This document shows positions 11,886-23,661 of a DNA stretch of 38,387 bases, piece by piece. Every line of letters begins with the position of its first letter. The first letter of the stretch is position 1. This DNA comes from Chiloscyllium plagiosum (Eukaryota). The position numbers and the translations under genes are program-made. The DNA is taken from the NCBI RefSeq assembly GCF_004010195.1, contig NC_057718.1:58208291-58246677 (forward strand), read 5' to 3'. Below the pieces are notes generated by a model. The model had not been told where the DNA came from. It was given only the letters and a program-made list of their open reading frames with translations, and ran no database searches.

Positions 11886-12425
11886 AGAAAGTAGAAATTT
11901 ACTCTACCATTCAGTACAGTCATGGCTGATCATCAGTACTCAGTACCTTGTTCTTACTTTCACCCCACACCCTTTGATCACTTTAGCTCTAAGTTCTGTA
12001 AGTTCTTCTTCCATAACAGAACATCCTTCCTCAGGTATGCAGACCAAATTGCACACAATATTCCAGGTGTGATCTGATCAAGGGCTGTACAATTGCAGCA
12101 CAACATCCCTGCTCCAGTACTCAAATCTTCTCACTATGAAGGCCAACACACAGTTTGCCTTCTTTACTGCCTGCTAGCCCTGTATACCTAGATTCAGCGA
12201 CTGGTGTACATGGACTCCCAGGTTTTGTTGTACCTCCCTCTTTCCCAATCTATCCCCATTCAGATAATAATCTGCCTTACTGTTTTTCCTACCAAAATGG
12301 ATAGTATCATATTTACCCATCTTATGCTTCATAAGCCATGCATTTGCCACATATTGAACATATCTAAATCTCATTGAAGCATTTCTGAATCCTACTCCAC
12401 ATTTCACCCTCCCACACAACTGATC
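11884..12425 (-). mobile_element. CR1 LINE fragments (RT region plus 3' UTR, internally deleted)
   Basis: IHFGRKNSKADYYLNG..QNLGVHVHQSL; CATGGCTGATCATC 3' UTR motif. Confidence 0.82.
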
Positions 12426-12429
12426 CTGA

Positions 12430-13634
12430 TTGAAAAACCGACAAAGAAGTTTGTCACTGGGTAAAACTGCATCTGGACACACAGCCATATAGCCAAGTTC
12501 TCTCATAGATTTCCCCAATGCTTGATTATGGCAACATTACAGATACAGTACACAATGAATTCTATAGCTAATTTTTAAAGGAATTGCAATATATCCTTCT
12601 ACACTCACGGTTTAAAGAAGTATCATTTCCCATTTTCAAGTCTACAGTCCAAAAAAAAGCAGAAGTTTTTTGTTTGGAAAAGACTTGTTCTCCCCATTGA
12701 TGTTATAAGTCATTCTTTACTGATGAGATAGGGCCTGCTAGAAGAGAATAAGATAATTAGTTAGTGTCTTTCCAGCTTTGTTTGACTTCAATACATGGTC
12801 AAGATGTCGGCTTTTCCCAGATTTTTGAGTCTGAGACCAAAGGATGTAGAAGATATGTGTAAAAATGTCACTAGATATGATTCTGGGTGTATGTATGTTT
12901 ATAATGTTTTTTTCAGTAAGTAATCTGATATAAAGAAAGTACTTGGAGATACACACTGAATTTTACCTGAAGTGACTGATTTTTAAAATTTGCAATTTCT
13001 GAGAACATTACATTGGAGAATCTGATCAATCCTACTGCCTTTATGAGAGTATTGTACAGATCAAATTTATTTTCAAGGACACAGTGTAATAATATTAAAT
13101 CAGAGCTAAACTCATGAGACATAATTGTGACAAATATGAAATGTGGCATCTTCTGATTCAACGCTTCCCCAAAGAGATAATGAAGTCTCCCCATGAAAGG
13201 ATGATCTGCTTAATTAAGGAAGTAAGAGAACGCATAGACCCTATTGTCATCTGATCTAACTTGGTTCACAAGCCATGTGCTGTTTGCTTTAACAGTGACT
13301 AATCCAACCTTTTCACCTTGTTGAGAAACAGTTATGAAGATTTTCTCCACACCCTAAAGTAATACTTTTGAATATTTATCAAATCTCTCAATTTACATTG
13401 TTTAGCCTTCACTGGTTGATTTCTGAGCTACCGAAGCCATTGAGGTATTCTCTGTGCAGCCTTGTATTATTTAGCTTTAATTACCTGAATAAATCTAAAT
13501 ATTTATTTCATTGTTCTTGAAGGGATTAATTGACTAACTGCTTTAATATTTCCAAGATTATCCGTTTCTCTCAATGCTTCAGAACGTTATCTCTTCTCAA
13601 CATTTTCACAAATGACAAAATGATGCTGGAAATT
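12430..13634 (-). pseudogene. Ig-relic segment 7 (short pieces at ~15370-15495 and ~17175-17310 likely belong with it)
   Basis: PCTI..YHWF..VVHP (15.4 kb) then RII/LGNIK..N*SLQ; QGEKVGL..KANSTW; DLILLHCVLE..IRFSNV..FSVYLQVL; ILWSQ..KTLTNYLILF*QALSHQ*RMTYNI (C2-set-2-like); CCHNQALGKS. Confidence 0.6.
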
Positions 13635-13940
13635 GGGCAGCACCGTGGCTCAGTGGTTAGCCCTGCTGTATCACAGTGCTGGGGACCCAGGTTTGATTCC
13701 AGCCTTGGGTGTCTGTCTGTGTGGAGTTTGCATATTTTCTCTGTCTGCAGATGTTCCAGTTTCCTCTCACAGTCCATAGATAGGCAGGTTAGGTGGATTA
13801 GCTATACTAAATAACCCTGTCATGTCCAGAAATGTGTGGGTTAGGCCTGGGGATGGGATTGGGGAGGTGGGTCTGGGTGGAATGCTCTTCGAAGGGTTCA
13901 TGCAGACTCTGTAGGCGAAATGGCCTCATTCTGCACTGTA
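13635..13940 (+). mobile_element. HE1-type V-SINE (tail displaced to ~15345-15366 by a LINE insertion)
   Basis: GGGCAGCACCGTGGCTCAGTGGTTAG head, B-box GGTTTGATTCC, V-domain. Confidence 0.9.
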
Positions 13941-15344
13941 GTGATTGCTGGGCCTCTTGCTGAGATATTTATGTCATCGATAGCCACAGATGAGGTGCTG
14001 GATGATTGGAGGTTGGCTAACATGGTGCCACTATTTAAGAAAGGTGGTAAGGGAAAGCCAGGGAACTATAGACTGGGATTTACATGTATTTGGAAAAGCA
14101 AGGTATGAATAACAATAGTCAACATGTCTTTGTGTAGGAAATCGTCTTTCATGAACTTAATTGAGTTTTTTGAAGAAGTAACAAAGAGGATTAATGAGGC
14201 CAGAATGGTGGACGTGATCCATTTAGACTTCAGTAAGGAGTTCGGCAAGATTCCTCATGGTAGACTGGTTAGCAAGGTTAAATCTCATGGAATACAGGGA
14301 GAACGAGCCACTTGGATACAGAACTGGCTTGAAGGTAGAAGACAGAGGGTGGTGGTAGAGGGTTGCTTTTCAGACTGGAGGCCTGTGACCAGTGGAGTGC
14401 CACAAGGATTGGTGCTGGGTCCACTGCTTTTTGTGTTTATATAAATGATTTAGGTGTGAATATAGGAGGAATGGTTAGTAAGCTTGCAGATGACACCAAA
14501 ATTGGAGGTGTAGTGGACAGCGAAGAAGGATCTTGATTAGTTGCGCAAATGGACTGAAGTAATTTAGATAAATGTGAGCTGCTGCATTTTGGAAAGGCAA
14601 ATTAGGCAGGACTTATACACTTAATGGTAAGGTCCTGGGGATTGTTATTGAACAAACAGACCTTGGAGTGCAGGTTCATAATTCCTTGAAAGTGGAGTCG
14701 CAGGTAGATGGAATAGTGAAGAAGGTGTTTAGTATGCTTGCCTTTATTGGTCAGTGCATTGTGTGTGGCAGTTGGGAGGTTATGTTACAGCTGTACAGGA
14801 CCTTGGTTAGGCCATTTTGGAATTTTATGTGCAATTCTGGTCTCCCTGCTATCGGAAGATGTTGTGAAACTTGGAAGGGTTCAGAAAAGACTTGCAGGGA
14901 TGTTGCCAGGGTTGGAGGATTTGAGCTATAGGGAGAGGCTGAACAGGCTGGGGCTGTTTCCCCTGGAGCATTGGAGGCTGAGAAGTGATTTTATAGAGGC
15001 TTACAAAATCATGAGGAGCATGGATTGGGTAAATAAACAAAGTTTTTTTCCTTCGGGTGAGGGAGTCCAAAACTGGAGGGCATCAGTTTAAGGGGAAAGA
15101 TTTAAAAGGGACCAAAGGGGTAACTTTTTTACGCAGAAGGTGGTGTGTGTCTGGAATGAGTTGCCAGAGGAAGTCATGGAGGCTGGTACAATTACAATAT
15201 TTAAAGAGCATCTGGATGGGTATATGAACAGGAAGGGTTTAGACGGATATGGGCCAAATGCTGGCAAATGGGACTAGATTTATTTCTGATATGGATGAGT
15301 TGGACTGAAGGGTCTGTTTCCATGTTGTACATCTCTATGACTCT
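13941..15344 (+). mobile_element. 5'-truncated HER1/CR1 LINE with RT domain
   Basis: DWRLANMVPLFKKG, LDFSKEFGKIPHGRL, VTSGVPQGLVLGPLLF, LADDTK; ends ATCTCTATGACTCT. Confidence 0.95.
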
Positions 15345-15494
15345 GTGTAGCAATTCCATGATTCTAATTAAATTAAGGGGATGGACAACTCCCCATTCCC
15401 CAACCCCACTTGAGAACCAGTGATAGCTTTGCACTTTCTTCCTTACATACTTAGCAACGATTACCTCAAATCCAGATCGTTAATAGTGCAGGGA

Positions 15495-16548
15495 CCACAA
15501 CTGTTTACAAAGATATATTAATGACATGGAGGAAGGAAGTGACTGTACTGCAGCCGAGTCTGCAGCCAACAAAAAAATAGGTGGAAAGGCAGGGTCTGAG
15601 AGGGACACAGCCAGTTTACAGAGAAACATTGATAGGGTAAATAAGTGGGCAAAAAGTATAATGTGGGAATATGTGAAGTTAATAATTTTGGAATAGAGAG
15701 CAAAAGAACAGATTATTTAAATGGAGAAAAACTACAGAAAGCTACAACACAAGGGATTTGAAACAAAGAAAGCTAGCACAGAATTGAAGCAGGTTATCAG
15801 GAAGGCTAATGGAATGTTGGGGGGCCCTCTTAATTTGCAGTGGTAGTGTCTCTACCCCTGCACCAGGAGGCCTGTATTCAAGTCCCGTCTGCTCTACAGA
15901 TAGGTAAAAAGTTGCTGAACTGGTTGATTAGAAAAATAGGTTAAATAAAAAAAAAGGAATGTTAGCCCTTATTTCAAAGGAGTTGGAGTATAAGAGTAGA
16001 GAGGCCTTACTGCAACTGAAAAAGGTGTTATTGAGACTATGTCTGGAGTACAGTGAGCAGTTTTGGTCCATACGTTGAAGTAAAGATGTTTCTTTGGAAG
16101 CAGTTCACAGAATATTCATTTTGCTGATTCCTTGTATGAAGGCATTATCTTATAAGCAAAGGAGGTTATAAGAATGAGACTTGATCTCATTGAAACATAC
16201 AGGATTCTCAAGGGGCTTGACAGGGTAAATGCTGATAGGATATTTCCAAACATGAGAGAGCCTAGGACCAGGGGCATAGTCTGGGAATAAAGGGGCACCA
16301 ATTGAAGACTGAGACGGAGAGGGAATTTCTTCTCTAGAGGTTTGAGAGTCTTTGGAACTTCTTGCCATAGAGAACTGCGGGGCCAGGGTCGTCATGTATA
16401 TTTAGGGCCGAGACAGATAGATTTGTGATCAGTAGGAGAATAGCATAGTAAGAGTTATGGAAAAAAGGCAGGAAAGTGGACATGAGGATGGTCAGATTCA
16501 ATCCAATTGAATAGCAGAGCAGGCTCGAGGGCATCAATGGCCTCTTTT
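15495..16548 (+). mobile_element. CR1 LINE RT/3' fragment (second family), split by a short SINE
   Basis: GPQLF..YINDMEEG, KANGML, LEYSEQFW, R.DLIETYRILKG motifs. Confidence 0.85.
15819..15955 (+). mobile_element. Short poly(A)-tailed tRNA-derived SINE with TSD GGAATGTT
   Basis: A-box-like TGCAGTGGTAG, B-box-like TATTCAAGTCC, A-tail; TSD at 15811-15818 and 15956-15963; second copy at 20130-20258. Confidence 0.8.
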
Positions 16549-16569
16549 TCTAATGGTGTTGTGGTGTTA

Positions 16570-17175
16570 ACGACCCAGCCTTGATAGCTGTCTGCAGTAA
16601 GTAATTTCACACATTCACTAATCTCTGAGCAAAGAAATGCCTCTTAAGTTGCATCTGTCAGATGTTCTCTGGTCCTTGGCTTTCTCACAAAAGGAAACAA
16701 CCTCTCAGCGTTTACTCTGTCCCTGAGAAGCGTACCATGTTTCAATAAGGTCACAATTTATTCTTCTGAACTCTAATGTGTGCAGGTCAAATGTGTTCAA
16801 CTTCTCCTCATAAGAAAATCCTTCCATAACAAGTACCAACGTAGTGAACCTTCTCTGGTATGCCTCCAATGTCAGTATATCTTTTCTTAGATAACAGGCC
16901 CAAAACTGTTCACAGTATTCCAACTGTGGTTTGACTTGTGCCTTGTATAATTTTAGCGAAACCACCCTTTGAAGTAGAGGCCAATATTTAATTTACCTTC
17001 CCTATTACCAGTTGATCTTGGATGCTTGCTTTTTCTGATTCATGAATCAGGACTTGCAAATCCCCTTGATATATAGCTTTCTGTTGTTTGTCTCCTTTAA
17101 GTAATATTCAGCTCTTCCATTCTTCCTGCAAAAGTGCCTAACCTTTTCTCACATTATATTTCATCTTCTACCCTT
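16570..17175 (-). mobile_element. CR1 LINE 3' fragment
   Basis: ORF 16705-16965: LKLYKAQVKPQLEYCEQFW..RRINCDLIET. Confidence 0.88.
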
Positions 17176-17319
17176 GTATCTAAAAGTCTTATTGAGGGTG
17201 CATTTTAGTAATTTTCTTTAATTTAAAAGATCATCAATTTTTATGACACATCAATGATTTTATCCAAGAAGTGAATGCCTTGCTTCTATTTTTGTTTATT
17301 GCAGGTGAAAAGGCAGCAC

Positions 17320-17404
17320 GAAGTTAAAATGCTCAGACAGCCAATGCAGATATGACAGGCTGAATGACCTCTGTCTGTACTGTAACAATTCTGTGATTCT
17401 GTGA
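17320..17404 (+). mobile_element. CR1 3' tail remnant
   Basis: GGCTGAATGACCTC..TGTACTGTAACAATTCTGTGATTCTGTGA. Confidence 0.6.
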
Positions 17405-17464
17405 AGGTCCTTGGTTTGTGTGATAGTATTTTTTAAAAAATAATCTACATTTGTTGATAGAAGA

Positions 17465-18080
17465 ATTTTTTTAAAAATTCAATAATATATTCTATTCATA
17501 AAAATATATTTAAATACATACTGAAGCATATGAAGGAACAAATAAACTTTGTAGTTTGATTCTATTCAACAAACAAACCAAAGTCACTTCTTACCGTGCA
17601 AGATTATATTTAGTTGCGTTTGAAGCACTGGATGGTCATGTACCTGAATAAACCGCGATTTAACTTCAGCAGAAAGACCTCATACAGTGGTTTTGCCTCA
17701 CTGTGACTTGGCAGCAGCTGCCCCAAGCTTTATTGCATCCCTCAGTACATAGTTCTGGACCTTGGAATGTGCCAGTCTGCAACAGTCAGTTGAGGTCAAG
17801 TCCTTTCTCTGGAAGACCAACAAGTTTCAGGCAGGCCAAAGAGCATCTTTCACTGAGTTGATGGTCCTCCAGGCGCAGTTGGTGTTTGTTTTGGTGTGAA
17901 TCTCAGGAAATAGACAGTAGTGCACAGAGCCCTGCCTCAGAGAGCAGTTCAGGACGAACCTTGACAAAATCCACTGCATCTTTCCCCAGACTTCCAATGC
18001 AAAGGCACATTCCAGCAGGTGTTATGTGACAGTCTTTACCCCACTGCAGCTGCCTGAGGGCAGCATGTGGTGGCGCAGAG
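17465..18080 (-). mobile_element. Tx1/L1-clade LINE ORF2 C-terminus (zinc knuckle) plus A-rich 3' end
   Basis: CP..SCSG.KTVT.HLLECAFALEVW..NCAWRTINSVKDALW..CCRLAHSKVQNYVLRD..GKTTV*. Confidence 0.85.
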
Positions 18081-18816
18081 CAGCAGTAGGAGAATAATCT
18101 TCAAGCAGAAAGCTGGAGTATGGAAGAGAGCTGTACCTGGACAATGACTCCTTCCCTACAGCTGTCTCACCCCCATCAGCTTTCAGAATATACTCTCTCA
18201 GTCTTGTGCAAGCCCTTTCCATTTGATAGAAATGTTCTATTTGCAGCATGTGCTGCATGTTTAAAGTGTATCAAGGACAATGCAGTTGTTATTGCATTGT
18301 AGCGTTATAATCGCACTGTCCTTGCTGAGCATTGAGAAAAGTGCAAATTAAATCTAGTTCTTAAATAAAATAGGAAAGAATGCCAATAAATAATTATGCT
18401 TGAAACAATAATCTATGCTTAATTAGTTTATTTTCCTATTCACAAGAAATGATAAGTGCATAAAATTACTCGAGCACCACCAAATCAGTCTGTGTATTAG
18501 AATTAATTTGTGCTTGCCAAAGGAAGAAGTAGATTTAATGCTCATAGTTTGGAGGGTGTTACTTATTGGATTTCAGGAAAGGAGTATTTCTAAGTCAGAT
18601 TAAAATGCACAATTTTATTACTTTGCTTATCCACTGACTTCGGAGATGGTGGAAGGACTTTCCATTTGTGAAGGAAAGTGGATTTTGGTAAATGTATGGA
18701 GTACAAAACCTCCTAAAAATGCCATAGATGTGGGATCCCAACATTATCTTGCCTTCTTCCAGATTTCATCCAATGAGTTGTGAAGAAAGCAGAGATTTAT
18801 GAAGCTGAGTAATAGT
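18080..18816 (-). pseudogene. Ig-relic segment 6
   Basis: LEEGKI..FCT..QNP..HKWKV..FPEIQ*VTPS; VVLE*FYALIISCE*..IIIYWH..TCS/MLQIE..GKGLHK..REGVIVQVQ. Confidence 0.55.
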
Positions 18817-18819
18817 CTG

Positions 18820-19830
18820 TGTGGATAGCAGGGAAAGATAACCTTTGTGGAGTGTTACTGTGCGGCATGGGTCATAAAGTGAGGGCATGTCTGAGTGTTC
18901 AGATGGAGAAGTGAAGTGTTTGCAGAGAGTGGAATGAGAGGAGCAGCAAGGTGTACTGTATTAGGCTGCGGTGTGCTATGCAGCCGAATATGGGAAAGGT
19001 CAGAATGGGAGGCTGGTACCTGAAAGGTTTAAGCTGCTCACCTTTCTTGCCCACCTGAGATCCATGATCTTCTTGGTGTACTGTCCCCAGGTTATGGAGA
19101 GCACACACCTGTTGCTGACTACTCTGGTCAATTGCATCCTCACTTGCTTTGCTGGAGAGGTTGATCTCTTTTCTCCTTCCTTCAAAGATATTGCTGCACA
19201 GCATTTTCTGAAATCTGTAGCAGGATCCCCAGGTAAGAATGAGTATCCCAGGAAGACGTTATCTCCAGCTTTCCTTTCCATTGGTGTAGTCCCACAAATC
19301 CGCATACAGGTTGACCCTTAGAACCAATGACACCGTTGCTTTCATGAGAAATCCTTCTTATTACAGATCCAGCTCCTGATCCTGGCACTGATTGAGCAGA
19401 GAGTCTGTTTTTTTTTGTTCGTTCATGGGATGAGGATGTTACTGACTTAGTAGGTTTTTATGGCACGGGGAAAATGGTAGTGACCTTCCTCTTGAACTGT
19501 TTCAGTCCTTTAGATGTCAGGATATCCAGAGTGCTGTTGGGAAGGGAATTCCACAATTTTGATTCAGTGACAGTGAAAGGACAATTATATATTTCCAAGA
19601 CTGGATAGTATGTGGCTTGAAGGGAATCATCTTGGTGCCAGAGACTGCCAATTTGGAAGGTACTATTGAAAGAGCCTTGCTGAGTTACTGCAGCACCTCT
19701 TGTAATTTGCAAGGGAGGTGAGAGTGATTTCAGTTAAAAACCACAGGAATCCAACTGCTGAGGGTAAGGTGTTCCTGAGCAACTAATAGGCCCATCACTG
19801 TAAAAGAGACTAAATTGAGAAAATTCAACT
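18820..19830 (-). mobile_element. Harbinger-type relic with a Myb/SANT-like exon (19035-19290), interrupted by a LINE
   Basis: KGKL..LGILLQ..RVVSNR..ITWGQYTKKIMDLRWARK|gtgagc; boundaries approximate. Confidence 0.6.
19405..19720 (-). mobile_element. CR1/L2-type LINE 3' end
   Basis: ORF 19458-19712: PFTVTESKLWNSLPNS..GLKQFKRK. Confidence 0.75.
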
Positions 19831-19929
19831 CGCTTTCAAATGACGTTTGAGCTGGATTGCAGGAATGGGTTCACAGTTGATTAGCACACCACCTTTTAAC
19901 TTTGTAGAGTTATGATTTCATTTGGAAAG

Positions 19930-20010
19930 GAATAAGTTGCATTTGCATAGACCCTTCCATGACCTTAAGATGTACCAGACCATACCAGCCAGTACCTGGC
20001 TTTCCAAGCA
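19930..20010 (-). mobile_element. Ancient DeuSINE/L2-tail SINE remnant
   Basis: AAGTTGCATTTGCATAGACCCTTCCATGACCTTAAGATGTACC resembles the reversed SacSINE/AmnSINE-type 3' tail (from recall); similar remnant at ~34435-34505. Confidence 0.4.
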
Positions 20011-20129
20011 TTAATAAGAACTTAAAATTCCCTGCTAGAAACCAACATGGCCATAGTTCTTCTATATTTAAGCAGTGCATGTGTTAAAATATGAGGGAAA
20101 TCCCTGTGCTGAGCATTTAGGGATTATTA

Positions 20130-20258
20130 TTATACCTATTTTTCCTAATCAACCTCCACAGAGATTTAATTCCATATTTCTGGAGCAGGCAGCACTTGAA
20201 CCCAGGTGAACCTGGTCCAGGGGTATGGACACTACCACTGTAGCACAAAGGCCCCTCT
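20130..20258 (-). mobile_element. Short tRNA-derived SINE, same family as 15819-15955
   Basis: Reverse complement GGGGCC..CAGTGGTAGTGTCC..GGGTTCAAGTGC..GGTTGATTAGGAAAAATAGG. Confidence 0.78.
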
Positions 20259-21034
20259 AAGGAGAGTATCCTAAACAAAGTAGCAATTGATTTAAGGGTT
20301 AGCACTGTCTTCTAACTTTAACTGTCAGCACATGGGATTCCTAAATAGCCTTCAACTCAGTGATTTGACAAGGTGAAAGCATCATGGGGATTAATGGTTT
20401 CGTGAAATTGACAGGCTGGAAAAACTGAATTGGCGTAAATCTGATTGTATTACCTAATTAAATTCTCCCCTCATTGTCTTTCCTAGCCTTTTAATCTCAG
20501 GGGAGATGTGTTGTTTTCTTGTTTCCCTTCTTCTTTTCCCTACAAACTAAAATTAGAAGTAGATTTATTCTGTGGATCACTCTATCACCAATACAGACTC
20601 AATAGGCAGAAGACCACTTTTTTCTGTGCTGCAGATTTCAGCGACTCTATGGAATAGACCTGATCGACCTAATTTTCTATAGAAAGCTGACACTCAGTAG
20701 ACAAAGGAGATATTTTCATTAGTCTGGGTTTTAGATTCAATCCAGTGAATGACAGTTTACTTACCAATCCCAATTGAATAGATGTAAAATTTGTGGGTAA
20801 CTGTGTCATAATAGATTGTATTCAAGAATGATCATATCTTTAAAGACATCAAAATTTAACACAGCACCATATTATCTTTTGTGATTTCCCACTTCAGAAA
20901 TATCATTCTCTTCCACAAATTTTATTCCAAGTGTTATGACAGAAGCTGGAGGAGTGGACTTCTGCTGTATCCCTAGCCCAGCACACACCATAAAATAAAC
21001 ATACTTATTCCAATTATTGAGATATGGTTATGAA

Positions 21035-21680
21035 ATATGAATCACAAAGCAATGTAGGAGTCTTCATTCAAGATTCTCTTAAGGATAACCTGAAGGTTAA
21101 ATTGGCAGTTAGGAAGGCAAATGTTTTGAGAGGGCCAGAGAAGAATAACAGAGATGGACTGTTGAGTCTGTATAAGGCTGTTTTGAGTCGGACAGCATTT
21201 GAAATGTTGTGAGCAAATTTGGGCCCTGTGCTTAAGGAAAAGGATAGGCTGGCATTGGGAGTCGAGAGGATGATCACATGAACGATCCCAGGGATGAAAG
21301 GCTTGTCATATGAGGAATGGTTGAGGAAACTCGGTCTGTACTCGATTGAGTTTAGAAGCATTGTGGGTACTCTCATTGAAATTTACAGAATATTGAGGGC
21401 GCTGGGTAGAGTGCGTGCTGAAGTGTTTCCACCAGTAGGAGAGAATCGGACCCAGAGCACAGACTCACAGCGAAGGGATGATATTTTAGAATTGAGATAA
21501 CAAATAATTTCTTCAGCCAGAGGGTGGTTAGTTTACAAAACTCATTGTTGCTGACGTCTGTGGAGGCTAAGTAACTGAATGTCTTTAAGTTAGAGATAGA
21601 TAACTTCTTGATTGGGCAGAGGGATCAAGGGTTACAGGGAGAAGGCAGGAGAATGGGGGTTGTGAAGTATATCCAACATT
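21035..21680 (+). mobile_element. CR1 LINE 3' fragment
   Basis: PGMKGLSYEEWLRKLGLYSIEFR..LIEIYRIL; FFSQRVV. Confidence 0.88.
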
Positions 21681-22012
21681 CGGATGGCACAGTGGCTCAG
21701 TGGTTAGCACTAATACCTCTCAGTACCAGGAACCTGGATTCAATTCCACCCTCAGGCCACTGTCTGTGTGGGTTTTGCACATTCTCCCTGTGTCTGTGTG
21801 GGCCTGCTCTGGTTCCCTGCCACAGTCCAAAGATGTGTAGGTTAAGTGGATTGGCCATGCTAAATTTCCCTATGGTGTCCAGTGATGTGCCAGTTAGTGG
21901 ATTAGCCATTGGAAATGCAGGATAGGTGTCTGGGTCTGGGTGGGATGTTCCTTGTAGGGTCAATGTTGACTTGAGGGGCCAAAAGGCCTGCTTCCACACT
22001 GTAGGGATTCTG
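21681..22012 (+). mobile_element. HE1-type V-SINE
   Basis: GGCACAGTGGCTCAGTGGTTAGCACT head; CCACACTGTAGGGATTC tail. Confidence 0.9.
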
Positions 22013-22963
22013 AGACCTCTTTTAAAGAAACCACGCCAGGTAAGTCTGCAAACTCTGAAATACATCTTTCTTTTCACAATCTTTCAAAACTCAAGTCCTA
22101 CAATTAATATTGTATATAAAGTGTTTTTTGTAACACAAATACGACTTAATTTACATCTGTTACATCACTAGTTGGAAATCTTGTGCGTTGACATGGTGGA
22201 TTGATATCATTTGTTTTGAGATTTCAGTGTGCTTATCAAGAATGTAAAGATTGTTACTCTTTCAAGATACAGTGCAGAACGCAGACCATGTTATTAAAGA
22301 ATTTTTTTATCTATCGGGTTTCAGACAATAGGAAAGGTGGTAGTGCTGATCTTTCTCAGGTCCTCTTGTCACTAATGTAAAAATGGTATCTGGCCACATG
22401 AATGTAAGTGTTCATATCAAGAGTTATTGCATACTTGTATTATTATGGCTAAAATACTCATCCTCTCCCGCAGGTACTTAATTGGCCGATTAACAGTCAA
22501 AGGCATTGGGTAAATACACTAGCCAAAACCTCCACCTACTCCTGTAAAACAGCAGGCAGCTGAATAGGCAGTGTGCAGGCCACACCCAAAGCATTTTACA
22601 GGATCAATGCCATCAAACCACTGGGAAGTGTTTATAAATTTTCACCAAAAGAATACCAAGAGTTGCATAATATCACAAAGTGCTGGAGAACCTCAGCAAG
22701 TCTGGCAGCATCTGTGGAGAGAGAAACAGAGTTAATGTTTCAAGCTCCAGAAGACTCTTCTTCAGAACTGAAGGGGTCTGGGAAAGCGATGGGTTTTAGA
22801 CTGTAAAGAAATGGGGAAGGAAGACCAAATGATGCGGGTGATGAAGGTACCCAAGAACAAGTGACAAATGGAGTGTAAATGGTAGAGAAGGGACATGGAT
22901 GAAGAATAGGTGTTAATAGCAGGAAATAAGTCTGCTCTGTTGAGAGCTAACACTGGGGCAGAT

Positions 22964-23207
22964 CATAGAATCCCTACTACGGAAACAGGCCATCAAGTCC
23001 ATACTGCTCTCTGAAGAGCATCCCATCCTAACCCATCCCCCTATCCACATAACTCTGCATTTCCTATGGTTACTCCACCTAACCTGCATATTCTTGAATA
23101 CTATGGCAATTAGGTTGGCAAGTTAGGTGGCAAAATTCCAGCCAAGGCTGGAATCAAACCTATATCCCTGGAGCTGTGAGGCAGCAGTGCTGAGCCACTG
23201 TGCTAAT
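22964..23207 (-). mobile_element. HE1-type V-SINE with TSD GCAGAT
   Basis: TSD at 22958-22963 and 23208-23213. Confidence 0.85.
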
Positions 23208-23661
23208 GCAGATTGGATGTGTAATTGAAATGAAATGTTCTGAAGTTGTTTGTACCCAATGTTGAGTTCTGAAGGCTGTAAAGTGCCTAAGTTGATATTG
23301 AGGTTCTGTCCCTCCATCTACATGCTTCGCTGGAGCATTGCAGAAGGTCTGAGACAGAAATGCTAGCATTGGAGCAAGATGGTGTATTGAAGTGCCAGTG
23401 AATGGACGGTTGGGGCAGATGAGGTGGAAACTCAGGACTATCATTCTGGGAGGGTGGGAGGGAAGATGTGATGGCAGAAGTTCCAAAAATGAGGTCAGAA
23501 ATGGCTGACAGTTCTGTTAACCATGTTTGGGTTGGGGGGGAGTAGGGGTGGTGAGGTTGAGGTTGAGGAAAACAGATGACAAGTCAGAAGTATCCCTGTG
23601 GAAGGTAGCATCTTGTGTGCAGATGGGCTGGAGATAGAGAAACTGGGAGTGTGGAATCGAG

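Larger units (their letters stand above)
20010..22465 (-). pseudogene. Ig-relic segment 5 (interrupted by CR1, HE1 and a short SINE)
   Basis: VLHCILKE..RFP..SYLCY; FMVCAG..STPPASV/TWNK..GAVLNF..IYYDTVTH..GIGK*TVI; NENISF; IIPKCSAQGFPSYFNT. Confidence 0.6.

Noticed and set aside
11290..11923. Several 70-145 aa ORFs rich in V/C or H/T
   Set aside because: They are translations of a degenerate CA microsatellite.
17283..17325. Strong plus-strand acceptor TTCTATTTTTGTTTATTGCAG|G
   Set aside because: No matching donor or coherent exon; it runs into a CR1 tail.
20759..20765. Consensus donor G|GTAAGT on the minus strand at an Ig domain end
   Set aside because: Reads through as the J-like GIGK*TVI into the next domain motif; a real donor cannot be fully excluded.
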